The translations under genes and the position numbers were made by a program. Below, in pieces: positions 1-13,570 of a stretch of DNA of 64,000 nucleotides. The notes below the pieces were generated by a model. The model saw nothing but the letters and a program-made list of their open reading frames with translations. It was not told the origin of the DNA and did not search any database. Source of the stretch: Amoebophrya sp. A120 (Eukaryota; Protista; Dinoflagellata). The DNA lies in contig CAJINV010000007.1 of NCBI GenBank assembly GCA_905178155.1, forward strand, positions 4,304,258 through 4,368,257, in the 5' to 3' direction. How positions within the stretch are numbered: the stretch's first letter is position 1; each line of letters opens with the position of its first letter.

Positions 1-2683
1 TCCTGACTTGGGTCCCGATCACCGTGCGAGGACACGAGCTGCACATCACAATCGCGACAGATACCGATACTCAGCGAGGCCCCCTGGACGTGGTCCGCCT
101 TCATCCAGTAGCCGACCTTCACAGGAGCTGAGTAACAGAAGTGACAGCTTTCACAGTTCTTCTTCTACTACTGTAGAAGTTCAGCCGTAGATGTAATTCT
201 TTTCCTCCTGAAGGAGAAAAAAACAACACAACTTACTTCAACTAGAAGCCGCAAGTGGAGTAGTTGATGTCATCTCGTCGTCCGGATAGGTTGTGCAGGG
301 TTGCGTCACGAAAGTGGGCGCGCAGCCGCGCAGCCACGTACTCATAGAAGGACGCGGTAGAGGAATTATTTTTTAAAATATTGCTCGACTGCGTTCCTTC
401 GACGAGGGGAACACTCGACAACAGCTGCGACGTGGCTTGATTATCACGATGGGATGACTGAGTCATCTGAGACGAGGTCGCTTTCGTCTGAGTTTTTTTC
501 TATAAGTATTTGGTTTACAACATATGTTTATTTTCTCGTATACGTGTTAACTACGGAAACGGAAATGGAGGACGAGCACGAAGATCTTCCGGATGGGTGT
601 TTGCGTAAACCAAGATCAAGAACAAAATATAATATGAGGAAGTCCTAGCTTTTCCTTTTCTCTAATTATCTTCCAAATGCGCAACAAGCTCGTCAGATTA
701 ACAAAAGTCACTAGCATTCTCTTTTGGTACGTCAAAACGCAGTCCTAGCATTCTCTCTTGGTTGTCTAGATTGCGTTTCTGAAATGTTCCAACCGTTGGG
801 TTTGTTTATCTAAGGAATTCCCCAGCTCGACGGATTTTTTGAGTATGCAACAAGTGTAACTACACATCGTCAGCCGTTAGCCTTGCGTGCGGATGACGAT
901 GAATAGTAGCAGAAAAACAATAAAGTAGCATCACACTGAGCCAGTTGTCGGAGGAGCAAGAACACCCAAAGCCAAAGCAACACAACTAGGGCTATAATTA
1001 CAGTGATACAGCACCCCGATCTTTCGAAGTTTCGAAACCGGGGTCAGCCGCCTCTTTTCTGATATTTCGGGAGGGGGCCAGCGGCGCCATCTTTTATACC
1101 TGTATGATTATTTGGAATCTTCACAGTCATTATTTCCCTTGTATTATTTTTTGAAGGCCCGTATAAACTGGTATTTGTACGTCACTGATACTCTTCTGAC
1201 AGCAGCAGCCTTTCTTTCACGGTGGATCAGCGAGTGAGTATGTTGAGGCCTCAGCTTGTAATTCAACTTCAAGGGAGAAAAGCTGCTAAACTCTGGAGTA
1301 TCATTATCGCTTTACATACACACTTGTTTTTCCATGATAGGAAAAAACGAGTTTCTTTTTGTTATCGCGCCGCCACTTCTAGAAGACCCTGACAACTCTC
1401 GTGACGAATTCCTACATTTTGGAAAGGGCATACTGACAGTGTGCGGTAGTGCAAGTCCTTGACCTCGATGACACGACTTCATCTCAAAGGAAAGAACAAA
1501 ATCAAAAGTAAAATGACTATGAAATACTTCAAATTTGTGGTAAGTAGGTCTTTTTTTTTGGAGAGCGAGGCTTTTGCGCTGAGTTAGAGTTGAATTGTTA
1601 CCGCTGATGTTCATCTCCCTTAAATGTGCTCTGGTGTTTGGCTTTTTGCTTCTGACTGACTGTGTTGCGGCTCTTGCAGCAATTGTTTCTTCTTGCAGAA
1701 GATGAGTCGTCGTTAGTCCCTTTCCCACATCTGTCGTCAAGAAATAGAAAAAGCTGTCCTCGTTCTCAAGTGCAGCCGAAAGCTGATTCGGTTCAGTCGA
1801 GAAATCATGAAGATTCAATCAGATCGGTGTAAGTTGTACCAGTAGAAGTCGTTGTTACTGTGACGTCGTCATCGTTGGCAGTCTTCGTCGGTACTTGATA
1901 CGTGCTTTTCATCGTGCAAATTACTGATGCGACCTGCCTGGTGCAATGTATCATCCTCATCCAATTACTGGTGCACCAGGATGTTGTCAAAAGCGTCCTA
2001 CCTTCATTCTTGTCGTTCTGTCGTTGTCGTTCTGTCATTTTAGGGCGAGCATTGATTTGAGAAAAAATCTTGCTTTGTCTAGTATAGTCGTTCGTTGTGC
2101 CTCGTCCCGTACGTGGCTGGCTCTGGCTCATCAACATCGCGAAAAGAAGAAAAACATCAGTGACCCCCCGACTCATTGTGTACTTATTCGTTTCCGTTTC
2201 TGATTATAGTTTTTCCCTTTAGAAATGCATGTATCCCAATTTTTATCCAAAACGCCTGAGATAACTCACCTCCGCTCCTCCACCACTTCATTTTTCCAGC
2301 CTGTCCGTCCCCCGGAAAGCAGTTTGTATGTGTGGGTGTCTTGGTGATTTTTTATGACTATGTATGAACCGAACATCCTCCAGCGATTTTTCGTGGCGGT
2401 CGCCAATGTTCGTGACAAGAATTCTGACGATACGGTTGAGAGATCTTCTCGAGGAAGATGATCACGAACAGCAGCAATGGTTTGATGGTGACGTCGAGGA
2501 CATGGCAGGTACTAGGGTCTTCCTGTAAGTATCCGGAGGTGGTGAAAGAAATAACAGAGCTACGACCGGTAAAGAGTCTGTAGTAAGTGTGAAGACGCGT
2601 GGCTCTCCCGCCGAACTAGCACACATCTTCGGCAAAACCAGTTCCAGCCGGGTCGTCTTCTTCAGCTGCCTCTCACGACCATC

Positions 2684-5600
2684 ATGGTGGTGACCATCAG
2701 TGACAAAGTGGAGGAGCACCCGGTCGACGCCAGAATTGTGGAGCTACAACAGCCTGGCACTACAACGCGCACAACGGCAGGAAGAGGCTCTACAGGTCGA
2801 GGAAATAAAGGAAATCGAAGTTCATCATTAGATAGGACCATTTCGGCGGACGAAGATTCGAGCGGCTTTCACACGAAGAACTTGAGGACAGCGAAAATGA
2901 AGCAATCTACCGCGGCACAAAATAAATGGACATCTTCAACAGACGAGAACAAAAGTAGCCTCACAACTTACGAGATGATGAACACGGGGAAAAATAACGA
3001 CAAACCGGACCATGAAGGAGGTCTTGTCGCACCAGCCGCACATTATAACAACTTCAGCCCTGGTGATGTTAATGGTCAAGAACCGCAAAAAGAAGATGAA
3101 CAGAGCACCTTGCGCCGATTGAGCGAAGCCAACCGCGACATTAAGAGCCAGGCCCGGGGCCTGGAGTACAGCGAGCACAGCACCACGCCGCGGAACCTCC
3201 CACAGGGGGTCTACAAGATCCGCGCCTCCGGCACGCTGGACAACTTCACTCCGCTGCACAGCGAGGAGACCGTCCACACGCGCGCCAAGTACACGGAGTC
3301 GGCCCGGTCCGCCAGCAAAAAGTCGGCCGACGAGGTGGACGCGCAGCGCAACGCGGACATTTTGACGAAGGGCCTCACGTATCAAATGTAAAAATGTCTG
3401 GGTCTGGAAGATTCTGAGACTTGTCATGCATGTTTTGCCTGGGCCATGATGTCTGTGATGCATGCCCTAGCATCACAGATTTTTTGAGGGCTTCGCGATG
3501 CCTATTCCGCATGACAAATGCCCTCTCCGCGTAGCAAGAATTACACTCCCTTTGCTGCTCATGCAATACAGATTTTTTTGGAATCCAAATGCAGCATCAC
3601 AAGTTGCATTCTTCCAGACCCAGACACTTTTACATTTGATATCACGCCGGCGCAGTTGGTCGCCGTTACGGACGGACGGAGCAAGATTTCCGTCGAAGAC
3701 AAGCGGGACGAGACGGAGGAGCGGGTATCAAATGTAAAAATGTCTGGGTCTGGAAGAATGCAACTTGTGATGCTAGCTTTGGATTCTAAAAAAACCTGTA
3801 TTGCATGACCAGCAAGAGGCGCCCAGTTTGTGCTACGCGGGGAGGGCGTTTGTCATGCGGGATAGGCATCAGGAAGGCCTCTCGAAACATGTGATGCTAG
3901 ATCATGCATTACAGACATCCTGAGTCATGCAAAATATGCACGACAAACCTGGTAACCTTCCAGACCCAGACATTTTTACATTTGATAGCGGGCGCCGCTG
4001 TACCACCCCGCGCTCGACACGCCGCCCACCTTCACCCAGTCCCTGGGCTCGGCGGTCACGAACTTTCTGCTGCTCTACATCCTCAACTGCTCCTACGGCA
4101 CGCTGATTTTCATCAACTTCCCCGCCTTGTACTCCTACGGCATCCGCATGGCGTTGGTCACCGGCGGCATCTTCGGCCTGCTGCTCGCGGTCAAGTCGAC
4201 GCGACAGGCCGCGTGCCAGATCGGCGGCGCGGATATCACGCCCGTGACGCTGATCGCGAGCCAAACGCTGCGGCTATACGAAAGGCTGGATTTGGAATTT
4301 GATTCCGACAACGTGATCAAGACCAACGCCTCGTGGACGGAGGCGCAAAGGGCGGCGTACGTGAAGGAGAAGCAGGAGGTGGTTTTCGCCACGGTCTCGT
4401 TTAACGTCGCGACCTCCACGGTCGCGTTTAGCGTCATGTTTCTGCTGATCGGGTACTTCCGCATCGGGAACGTCGCAAATTACATCCCGTCCATCACGTT
4501 CAAGACCTTCCTCACCTGTGTGGGCGTGGAGGTCTGCTACTACGGGTGCCAGCAGTGCCGCTTCGAGGGTAGTCAGTGCGTGATCGCCGCGACGCTGGGC
4601 TTTCTGTTGCACTTATTCACGGTCCGCTTGAAGTTGTATAACGTGGAGATCTTGGTCCCCCTGCTGATCCTGCTCCCCATCGTGACCTTCTACTTTATCG
4701 AGTTTGCCATCCTGCAGACCAGCGACTTGGAGAGTCTGCAGCGGAAAAACTGGGTGTTCGAGAAGCAGCACGAGTCGCAGCCGTTCTACGAGGTGTTTTC
4801 GGACGGGTGGGCAAACTTCGAGAAGGTGGATTTTAAAAATTGGTTCAAGGACCTTCCGGCCAACTACGCCCCCATGCTGCTGATCGTGTGGCTGGACAAC
4901 ATGGTGCAGCTCTCCACCTTCGAGGCCCAAACCCCGGCGACCTTCAACCTGAATCAGGAACTGTTCCACCACGGAGTTTTCAACCTGCCGGTGGCGCTCT
5001 GCGGCGGCGTGGTGGGCTACCAGTTGTTCGAGCACTCGGTGCTGAATTTCGAGCTGACGAACTCCGTCACCGACCGAAAGACCGGGATCATGATGGGCTT
5101 TTCGCTCTTGGTCATGTACTTCGCGGGCACGCAGCTGATGGAGATTTTACCCCGGTTCACGATCGGGCAGTTGCTGTTCTTCTCCGGCTGCGGGATTTTG
5201 GATCAAAACGCGCTGCCCACGATCAAACAGATGTTCAACCTGCAACTGGACGAGGACGAGGTGAACTTGATTGCCGTCGTTGCCGTCTACATCGGCAGCG
5301 ACTTCAATTTGCTGATGGCCATGCTCACGGGCATCCTCCTCGCCACCACCTCCTTCGTTGTGAAGTTTTCCGGGATTCCCGCGGTTCGGTGTATCTCCTC
5401 CGGGATGTACGCGCGGAGCCGGGACTTGCGCAACCCGATCGAGCAGAAGATCATCGCCCATTTGTCCTCGCAGCAGGTGCTGGTGTTGCGGCTGTCGGGC
5501 TACATGTTTTTCGGCTCCATCACGGCGGTGATTGACATGATCCGGCAGATCCTGCACGAGGCAGACGAGGGCGAGACGGAGACCCCGTACACGCACGTCC

Positions 5601-8600
5601 GGTTTCTGGTGCTAGATTTGTCACTCTCTTCGGGCTTCGACGCGTCCGCCGCCCAGAAACTGACCAATTTCATCATGAAAATCGAGATGGGCGAGATCGG
5701 GTTTCATATCGCGAACGACTACGCGTCCAACCGGCTGGACGTGGTGTTTTCCGGCGTGAGCCCAGCACTGGAGCGGTTCATGCGCGAGACCAAAATGGTG
5801 CGGGGGAACGAGGTGTTTCGCGATCTGCGCATGGCGCTGGCGTTTACTGAGGACCAAACCACCGCGTATTTTCTCAAGCAGCAAGAAAAATTCCTCCACG
5901 CGGTGGGGAACGTGATGGACTTTGACGGGAGCGGGGTCGGTTTGACGTCAAAATCTGTTCTTTCCGATGCGATGGAGGAACAACGGAAGAAGCAGGGCCG
6001 GATCAAGATCAAGCTGTACCGGGAACTGGCCCTGGCCAAGCAGAAATTCGATCCGTTCGCGGAAATTTTCCCGGATCTGCCGTCCAGGCTAGGGATGTGG
6101 GACTACTTCAAGCCCGTGAAGTTTAAGCAGGAGGTGGTCATGTTCGCGGCCCAGGTGCACCACCCCTACTTGTACGTGATCATCCACGGCGACGTCGGGC
6201 TTTACACAAATTTGGAGGCGCTGCACAGTTTAAACAAGGACGAGTACGAATCCCTCTCCATCGCGCCGCGCGTGGTCTTGTCTTCCGGGTTTCTGCTGAA
6301 CCCCGGGGCCATTGTCAACTGCGAGAACTCCTCGGTTTCGTCCAATTGCCCCTGGGACTTCGCGGTTACGTTGACAGACGAGGTCTTCTGCTTATCAAAT
6401 GTAAAAGTGTCTGGGTCTAGAAGAGTCATGCTGTTTCTGCATGACACAGAAGGTCTGGCATGGAAGCTCTAGCATCAAAGGTTTCGAGAAGCTTCCGCAA
6501 TGCCGAGCCCGCATGACAAGTCCCCCATTTTGGTGACAGAAAGTGAGCAGCTTTTGCTACCTATGCATGAGAGATTTTTGTGTGTTCCGAAATGCGCATC
6601 ACAGGTTACATCCTTCCAGACCCAGACATTTTTACATTTGATACTGCTACCAGTTAAGCAACGCGGATTTTCAGAAAATGCGCGTCGATCACAAGTACAT
6701 GGCGTTCTCGCTCCTCGCCGCCTGCGCCAGCCAGCAGGGCTACGTGAGCCGCACGCAGCACCAGGAGTTGGCGCTGGAGTACAACTCCTTCAGCACGATC
6801 AAGAAAAAGATCGACGTGGACAGTTTGTTCGGGCGGGGGCAGAGCAACGTGTTTCTCGGGAATTTCTTCAAGCACGGCCGCACCGTCGGCACGGTGCTGG
6901 GGCAGGCGAAGGATAAATTGAAAGGGGGGGAACAGAGTGCCGATGATGGAACAACCAAAGGGGTGGACTACAATGTCGCGAGCCAGATCGCGGAACGGCA
7001 AAGGGTCGAGATCAAAGAGAAGGATAAACTGAGCGATTTGTTCCACGCCGGGCCCGGTGGGGGGCTGGATTTGAAAAAGTTAAAAGAAGCGCTGGGGAAA
7101 ACGGAAGAACAAGATGGAAATCTTGAAGATGCTGCGGTAAAGCACGAGGGATCTGAATCTGCACCTCCTCCCGGAAGCGCAGCAGCAGAAGAGGGTACTA
7201 AAGATCTTCCCAGCGCCGGCGCGACGAGCAAAGACAAAGAGGCAGAAGATGCTGCTGCAGCTCCTGCCCCCGAAATAACCACAGGAGCGCCGACGCCAGC
7301 AGCTTCCTTGGACGTCGGCCCATCGGATGAAAATAATAATAAAGGTCCACTACCAGCTGGGGCGAAGAACAAATTTTTGAGGGCCGTCGTCCGCCAGCAG
7401 TCCTCTACTAAGACAAACACCGAGGGAGAGCACTCCATGCCGCGGTCCGTGCATTTTCCCCGGGGCAGCCGAAGCGCCACGCGGAACCTCTCGGTGGAGT
7501 TGGAGGATATCGGGGACGACTTTGCGCTCGAATTTCTGGATGACGACTACAACGAAGATAGCGGTAAATTGGTCGTGAAACAAGACGATGAGGAGGATGA
7601 CGGAACGCCTTCGAAAAAGTCTGCGAGCACGAAAGGTAGTTTGAAATTCCAGCTGAAGCGCGGTGACACGTGGAAAGCGATATCCCGGTCCAACACCATC
7701 AAGCACCTCTCCCTGGTTCAGGAGGGCCTGGTGGGGCAACTCGCGTCGAACGAGATGGAAAAGCCGGAGAGTCCCTTGCAGGAGTACTACTTCACGGAGC
7801 CGAGTTTGATCCGCGGGGAGCCACCGTTGATAACCCGCTTGATCGAAGAGGTGCGGATCGCCTACTCGTTTGAATCGCTGGGGGCCTACGACGACGATGA
7901 TCTTGCGGGGGCGGACGGCGCTTTCGACACCCAGGTGCAGATCGGGGAAGCACAGAAGGAGAAAGATGAAAAAACGCTGTGCTTTATCGACCAGCAGGAC
8001 CGGAAGAAACGGTGGCGCCGGCAAAAGGACGCGGACGAAGAGCAACGGAAAAGTTCCGCGTCCAGCAATAATTTGTCATCGGGTGAACAAGAAGTACAAC
8101 AGGAGCGGCAGCCCCGCCCGCTGCCGAAGCTGCTGTTGCAGAATCTGGACAGGGCCTTCCGGCGGTTTTCGCGAAAAGTAAGGATGAAGTTTGGCGTTTC
8201 CCGGGTGATCCGAAAAAAGGACGTGGAATCTGCCATGCGGTACGCGGGGATTTTTGTGAAATCCGGCTACGAGGTGAAGTTGGAGGAGAAATTTCTCGGC
8301 CCGCAAACCGGCACGACTTCGGACACGGCCCTGACCGAGAGCACAAACGCCTTTCTACTGCAGCGGCACGAGCTCGCAAAGAAGGAAACGGTGACTGAGG
8401 GCGCCGCGGCGGCCTTGTTCGAAGGGAATAAGACTTCCGAGATGAAGAAAATGACTCAGGTGGAGAATGACAGCGCAACGCAAGCTGCGAAAGCCAAAAA
8501 AAATAACAGCCCTAGTACAACATCTACTGCCGAAGTAGAGCAGCACTCCGAAGGAGCGGCTTACCTTGACCGCGCGGAATTTCTTGCGTTGGGCAAAGCC

Positions 8601-9605
8601 CGCTCCATGTACCCTCTCCCGCGGCAAACCGAAAAGAAGTTGCTCGACATTTTGAACAAAATCGCGAATGACCTGAAAGTCGACTACTTTTCCGAGCGGG
8701 TGTTCGTGCGCGCGATGAAACAGGCCCTGAACCTCCACCTGTCGCCCGCGCTGTTCTCCCGCATGTTGGAAATTTACGACGACGACGGGAACGGCCGCCT
8801 CGAGCCGGAGGAGGTCCTGGGCATCATCAGCAACCTCGCCGCGGTGTACTACCCCCACTACCAGGTGCTCAAAGCGTGGCGGTTGCTTTCCCGGGAGAGC
8901 AGCAGTCCCAGCAAATCGGGTGACTTTTTCACGAAAGCGATCACCTTGGACGAGCTGAGCCACACCCTGAAAGTGTCCAGGGCGGATGCGCGCGAACTCA
9001 TCTGGGCGTCCGCGTTCGAGGAGAAGGACGACGCGCAATTTTTGTTCCCGCAGTTCCTCGCGTTACTCTACCTCGCGCCAAAAAGGATTCAAGTGCTGGG
9101 CGAAGACGTGGTGAATCTAGTCGACACGTTGCATCCCGGGGGGCTGAGCCTAAGTCAGTTGATAGGCGGTGGGGGCCCACATTCGCCCATAGACTCTAGG
9201 CAATGGACAAAGGAAAACTACGGTCCAGGCGCCGGTAGCTCATCTCTACACTCGGATACATTGTTCCCCTCGTCTCTGTCGTTTGCGTCGATCTATGGAA
9301 ATACTAAAGGTGGGTCCTCTGAAATCGCAACCGGGGCTCCTCCTGCGGCAGGTTCTTCGCATCTCGAAGAGGGTGGAACTGGACAGGGACCGGAACGAGA
9401 AGGACAACACGAGCATCTGAAATTTTTTGACGAAGATGGGGATGACTTATCTAGAAGCACTGTGCGGACATACAACTCGGATAGCGACGTAGATGGCAGC
9501 TTGTTGGAGGAAGATGTAGAACGTGATAGCGATGGCGATTTGGAAGACAAGTATCCGTATGATGACGTGTTTAGAGAGTATTTTCCTCCTGTAAGAAGAA
9601 GTTAG
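2684..9605 (+). CDS. SulP/SLC26-family anion transporter with STAS, cNMP-binding-like and C-terminal EF-hand regions (~2043 aa). Exons 2684-3379, 3647-3725, 3993-6392, 6649-9605
   Basis: Removing three inverted-repeat elements plus one 5-bp direct repeat each joins ORFs 2684, 4127 and 6678 in one frame (6132 nt). Multi-TM region with NLNQELFHHGVFN; STAS motifs VLRLSGYMFFGS and FLVLDLSLSSGFDASA; cNMP-like LYVIIHGDV; EF-hand DDDGNGRLEPEE at ~8778-8813. Start codon uncertain. Confidence 0.85.
3380..3641. mobile_element. Introner / MITE-like non-canonical intron IE1 (262 bp)
   Basis: 31-bp TIR TATCAAATGTAAAA(A/G)TGTCTGGGTCTGGAAG with 1 mismatch. Direct repeat TCACG at 3375-3379 and 3642-3646. 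Removal restores the SulP frame. Confidence 0.95.
3726..3987. mobile_element. Introner IE2 (262 bp), same family as IE1 in opposite orientation
   Basis: Same TIR. Direct repeat GCGGG at 3721-3725 and 3988-3992. Interior is the reverse-complement homolog of IE1. Removal restores the frame. Confidence 0.95.
6393..6643. mobile_element. Introner IE3 (251 bp), IE1 family, same orientation as IE1
   Basis: Same TIR. Direct repeat CTGCT at 6388-6392 and 6644-6648. Removal gives ...EVFC-YQLSNADFQKMRVDH, in frame with ORF 6678. Confidence 0.95.
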
Positions 9606-10246
9606 TAGGTAAAGGTACTGTTAGGTACTGTTAGAAATAAATAAATCCTCGAAATCCATACTTACAAGAGTGCTTAACTTGTGTAAGTACTTCTGCGGTG
9701 CAGAATTTCGGAGCTGCGGTACAGACAACTTGGCCTTCGTCTAAACCGAAAATGGCTTCTTCACTGTGCTGCAGCCGGTGCACCTCAGTTTATTCTGTTT
9801 CGCACATCATTACACAATGCATTAGTCTATGTTCCCGCCTAGTACTAGTTTTTACAAATTAAGAAGAAACTTACTTTGCGACTGTTGCCCGACTGCTCCT
9901 TTTGAAATGGAAGCGGTGTGATCTTCCATGAAGTGCGCAGACCGTGTTTGCGTGTCTTGCCTACAAGTTCAATTGTGCATATGTTGTTCGTGATCGTGCA
10001 GCTCTGTGCCCATTTTATGTCTTGCCGCTTTGTGATCATGTGCTGCGTGTGCGAATTTTGGCTGTGATGTGACGGCCCAAATCGAAATCGGTGGTGGTGT
10101 CGACTTCTCGAAGATCCTCTCATGCATGTCGACTTGAGTCATCTCTCTATCGAAGAAAGAAAGATCAAAGTTCGTTTTTGCTTGTGTTGATTTGTTGAAA
10201 GTGGAAGAACGTAGTCTCATTTGATCACTTGTGCTGAAGGTCCAAA

Positions 10247-13200
10247 ATGACATCGCTTACGCGAGGTGTCGCGCGTCTCGTGTCGAGGAAGACATTTGTT
10301 TTCCGAAATTTTTGTGTCATGATAATTGTGCAAGCCCAAGCCACGTCGTCCAGCACGGTGTTGTCAGATGCAACAGTTCCGACCTCTTCCAAAAGTTTAA
10401 CGTGGATCAATCAGAAATCAGCACAGGCCAACAAAGCAGCGGGTCGACAAAAGAGTAATGATGCCGAACTTTCAGAAAGCAGCGACGTTTTGGAGGCTTT
10501 GCGTCTGTCTTCCATCGACGAGTGGCTGCCCTCCCTGGAACCGGATATCACGGGCCCCCTCGCGGACGAAGGGGGCGAGCCCAAAACGGACTTCGGCGAA
10601 CTCATTGGCGATTTGTTCCCGGAAGGGGGCGAAAAGCCGGAAGTGGAGGTCAGCGAACGGTACAATGAAGTGCGCCGGCGGGCTCTGTTCCCGGTGGTGA
10701 AGCAGTTCTTGCACCATTTCCGGCCAGACACACCGTTTTTGTACAAAGAAAAGGACGTCGTGGACGCGACGACAACTGCTACTGCTGTAGTCGGCGTAGT
10801 TCCAGCATCAAAGGAAGATGGTTCCTCCAACTCAGGACCAGCAACATCAATCATGCGAAGAACACAAAGGGGTGCTACTGCTACAAGTGACGTTCACGCG
10901 GTTGACACCGTTTGCAAGCTTCCGTCAAATGATCCTGCAAATCTGCAGAGCGGTCTGCTAACGAATTTCACCTGCGCGGATAATTTCCATCGCTATAACT
11001 ACACAGAGGAGCTCGATACCGAGGGAATTCCCTACGTGCTCACGAAACTTCTGTCACAAACGCGAGCCTCTTGCTTCGACGTCCTCGCCGCGCTCGAGTA
11101 CTTGATCACGAATTTGTTGCGGTACCAGACGGAAAAGCTCAGGAAGGAGCTCCACATCGACGTGCAGGCGGTTTCGCGGAACAGTCAGCGCGCGTTCCAG
11201 GACAACACACTGCTGAACGAGTACAACGAGGTGGCCGGGATGGAACTGTTTTACTTCTACGGCAGCGGCATGATCCAACTGTTGGAGGAGTATTTGAGAC
11301 TGCTCTTATCGACGATCATGCTCCAGCCCCACTGTTTCAACGCGGAGACACGACTGCAGTTGTGCAAACTCCTCACCACCGATTTTGCGGAGAACGTGCG
11401 GAACCGCTGGCGAAAGATCGAGTTCACGATCACGTGGAAGAATTTGTACCACTTGACCGATGCCTTCCGCCTCCGGACGCACGTCACCGAGATGCTGGAC
11501 GTGGGAATCTACAACGTGGTGGATTTGTTCCACGAAATCCAGCTCTCGGTGCTGCGGAAGATTTTGGATGACAACTCAAAGCGAACCGCATATGGAACTG
11601 TCAGGATCGAAATTGACAAAGTCGAAATTTTTGTGATGCATAAAATGCATGACGCGAGATACGTGTGTTGCAGAGCAGGCAAGTGAGGCCGATTGTAAGC
11701 CTGTTTGGGGCTATAGCTCGAGCTGCTAAAGCAGCATGAGAGAATCAGTCTGCTTTGCCTAAACAGCATTACAAAATGGATTTAGGCACCACCAGAATTT
11801 GTGATGCGCCACTTAGAAACTGGCTTCGAACTGGAATCCGTTTTATGCATGACAAATCATTTCGATTTTGTCAATTTCGATTCTGACACTTTCATACCGC
11901 ACTGCTGAACAAGCCGGGACAGAACACGGAGGCGGAGAAAATCGGCCACGACTGGACGACGGTGGAGAAGTCGGGCGGGTTTGTGGATTTTCTCTACCTG
12001 TACCGAATATGAATTGCAAATATGTCTGGGTCTGGAGAAGTGCAAGTTTGTCATGCTTGTCTGGCATGACTCGAGAATCTGTGTAGCATAGGCACGAAAC
12101 GGCCCTCTTACCTGTCACGCAAAAACGCATGCGGAATACGTAACACATGGCAGCCAAGAAATTTGTCATGCATAGTTGCGTATTGCAGTGCGTCTATCGT
12201 TGTTCACTCTTAGCATTACAAGATTGCGTTTTTGTGTAATTACAAGGTTCCAGAGGACCCAGAAATATTTGCAATGCATACCGAACAAAATTTGACCACT
12301 GGAGCATCGACAAGTCGTTGATCCGGGGCATCATCCGCATGTTCGCGAACGAGGCGAGCAACGTCGAATCGGTGGTGGATCTCGGCGCCGGCGGGGGAAA
12401 GTACTCGGAACTGTTGGAGCTCGGCTTCCCGACGGTGTTTGCCGTCGACGCTTCGCCGCACGCGTTCGAAACCACGAAGCAGCGGGTGCACTACGCGGAC
12501 TTGAGTAGACGGATGGTGATAAAAAAGGAGGACGCGACGGGCAATAATTCCAGAGAGCAGAACGGTGAGTCTGAAGCGACGAGTGGCACCGCAGGGCACC
12601 AAAACAGTTTTTCAGTGGTCTTTGAAGACGGCGGCGTCGAGGAGGGGGAAGACGCGAACGAAGGAAATCGAGAGGCTCATCAAGAACAAGGTGTGATTAC
12701 GACCACAGACACCAACACTCTTTCCTCTGCCTATCGATTTGACCTTGCCATCTGCATCGAGGTTGCCGAACACATCGCGAAGGAGCACGAGAACACTTTG
12801 ATCCAGAACCTGAACAGGGTCTCAAACCGGTTCCTCGTGCTTTCTTGGTCGAACGACCGAGAAAACGACTACCACGTGAACCCGTTGCCGCAAGACGAGG
12901 TGGTCGCCATGATGGAAGCCAGAACTGAGTTCCGAATAGACAGGGAAAAGAGTGAGAAGCTGAAAAAAGCGGCGAGTATTGCCTGGATCAAGGACAATGT
13001 GTTGGTTTTTGAAAAAGTACATGGAAATGGATTCTCCTTTTCGACGTCGACAAGGCGGATTGAAAGGATGTTGTTGAGGGAGCATCCAGTTCTTCTGTCG
13101 GCTGCTTGCTTTGCTAGTGGTGGGGTCTTCAGAATATGTGTCGTTTTGCTTTGTTATTGTTTTTTGAATTTTTGCGTTTCTTTGGTCGTCGTGGCTGACT

Positions 13201-13256
13201 CTGCTGTTTCTCTGTTGCTACCTAGAGCTAAGTGCTGTGTATGGGGGCCTGAGTGA
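10247..13256 (+). CDS. Class I SAM-dependent methyltransferase-domain protein (~806 aa). Exons 10247-11590, 11902-12007, 12286-13256
   Basis: Two introners removed join ORFs 10247 and 12318 in frame. Motifs SVVDLGAGGGKY, VFAVDAS, FDLAICIEVAEHI, YHVNP. Both termini uncertain; the hydrophobic tail after ~13016 may be intronic. Confidence 0.75.
11591..11896. mobile_element. Introner IE4 (306 bp), second TIR family
   Basis: ~55-bp imperfect TIR TATG(G/A)A..TGTCAG(G/A)ATCGAAATTGACAAA.TCGAAAT...GT(G/C)ATGCATAAAA. Direct repeat CCGCA at 11586-11590 and 11897-11901. Confidence 0.93.
12008..12280. mobile_element. Introner IE5 (273 bp), related to IE1 family
   Basis: TIR TATG(A/C)ATTGCAAATAT(G/T)TCTGGGTC, sharing TCTGGGTC with IE1-3. 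Direct repeat CCGAA at 12003-12007 and 12281-12285. Frame restored into ORF 12318. Confidence 0.93.
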
Positions 13257-13570
13257 GACGAGAACGAAGAAAAACTTCACTCGTTCTGGGAAAGTCACTG
13301 TGCGCTTGGAAATACATGTGCTGGTGCTGATCGTGATAGCTCGTCTTTCGATCGTTCGGGAGCAGCCTCTCGCCAACTTGTATTTGCAGACGGAAAAATG
13401 TCGCCACCAAAGTACAGCTGCACCTATCAATCGGACGCAGTTAGTAGCTCTAGCAGGCAGAGGCACACGACACCTTCGCTGACCGCGTCGTCGTTAACAT
13501 GATCGATCGTGGTTCGTGTAGCTGTGATCTTCGGTTGTCGTTGCAATAGCAATTTCAAAAATTTCGAACC

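Noticed and set aside
1-2680. Short ORFs and AGTC(A)CTAGCATTCTC repeats at ~640-765
   Set aside because: No recognisable domain or consistent exon chain; the repeats look like local duplication.
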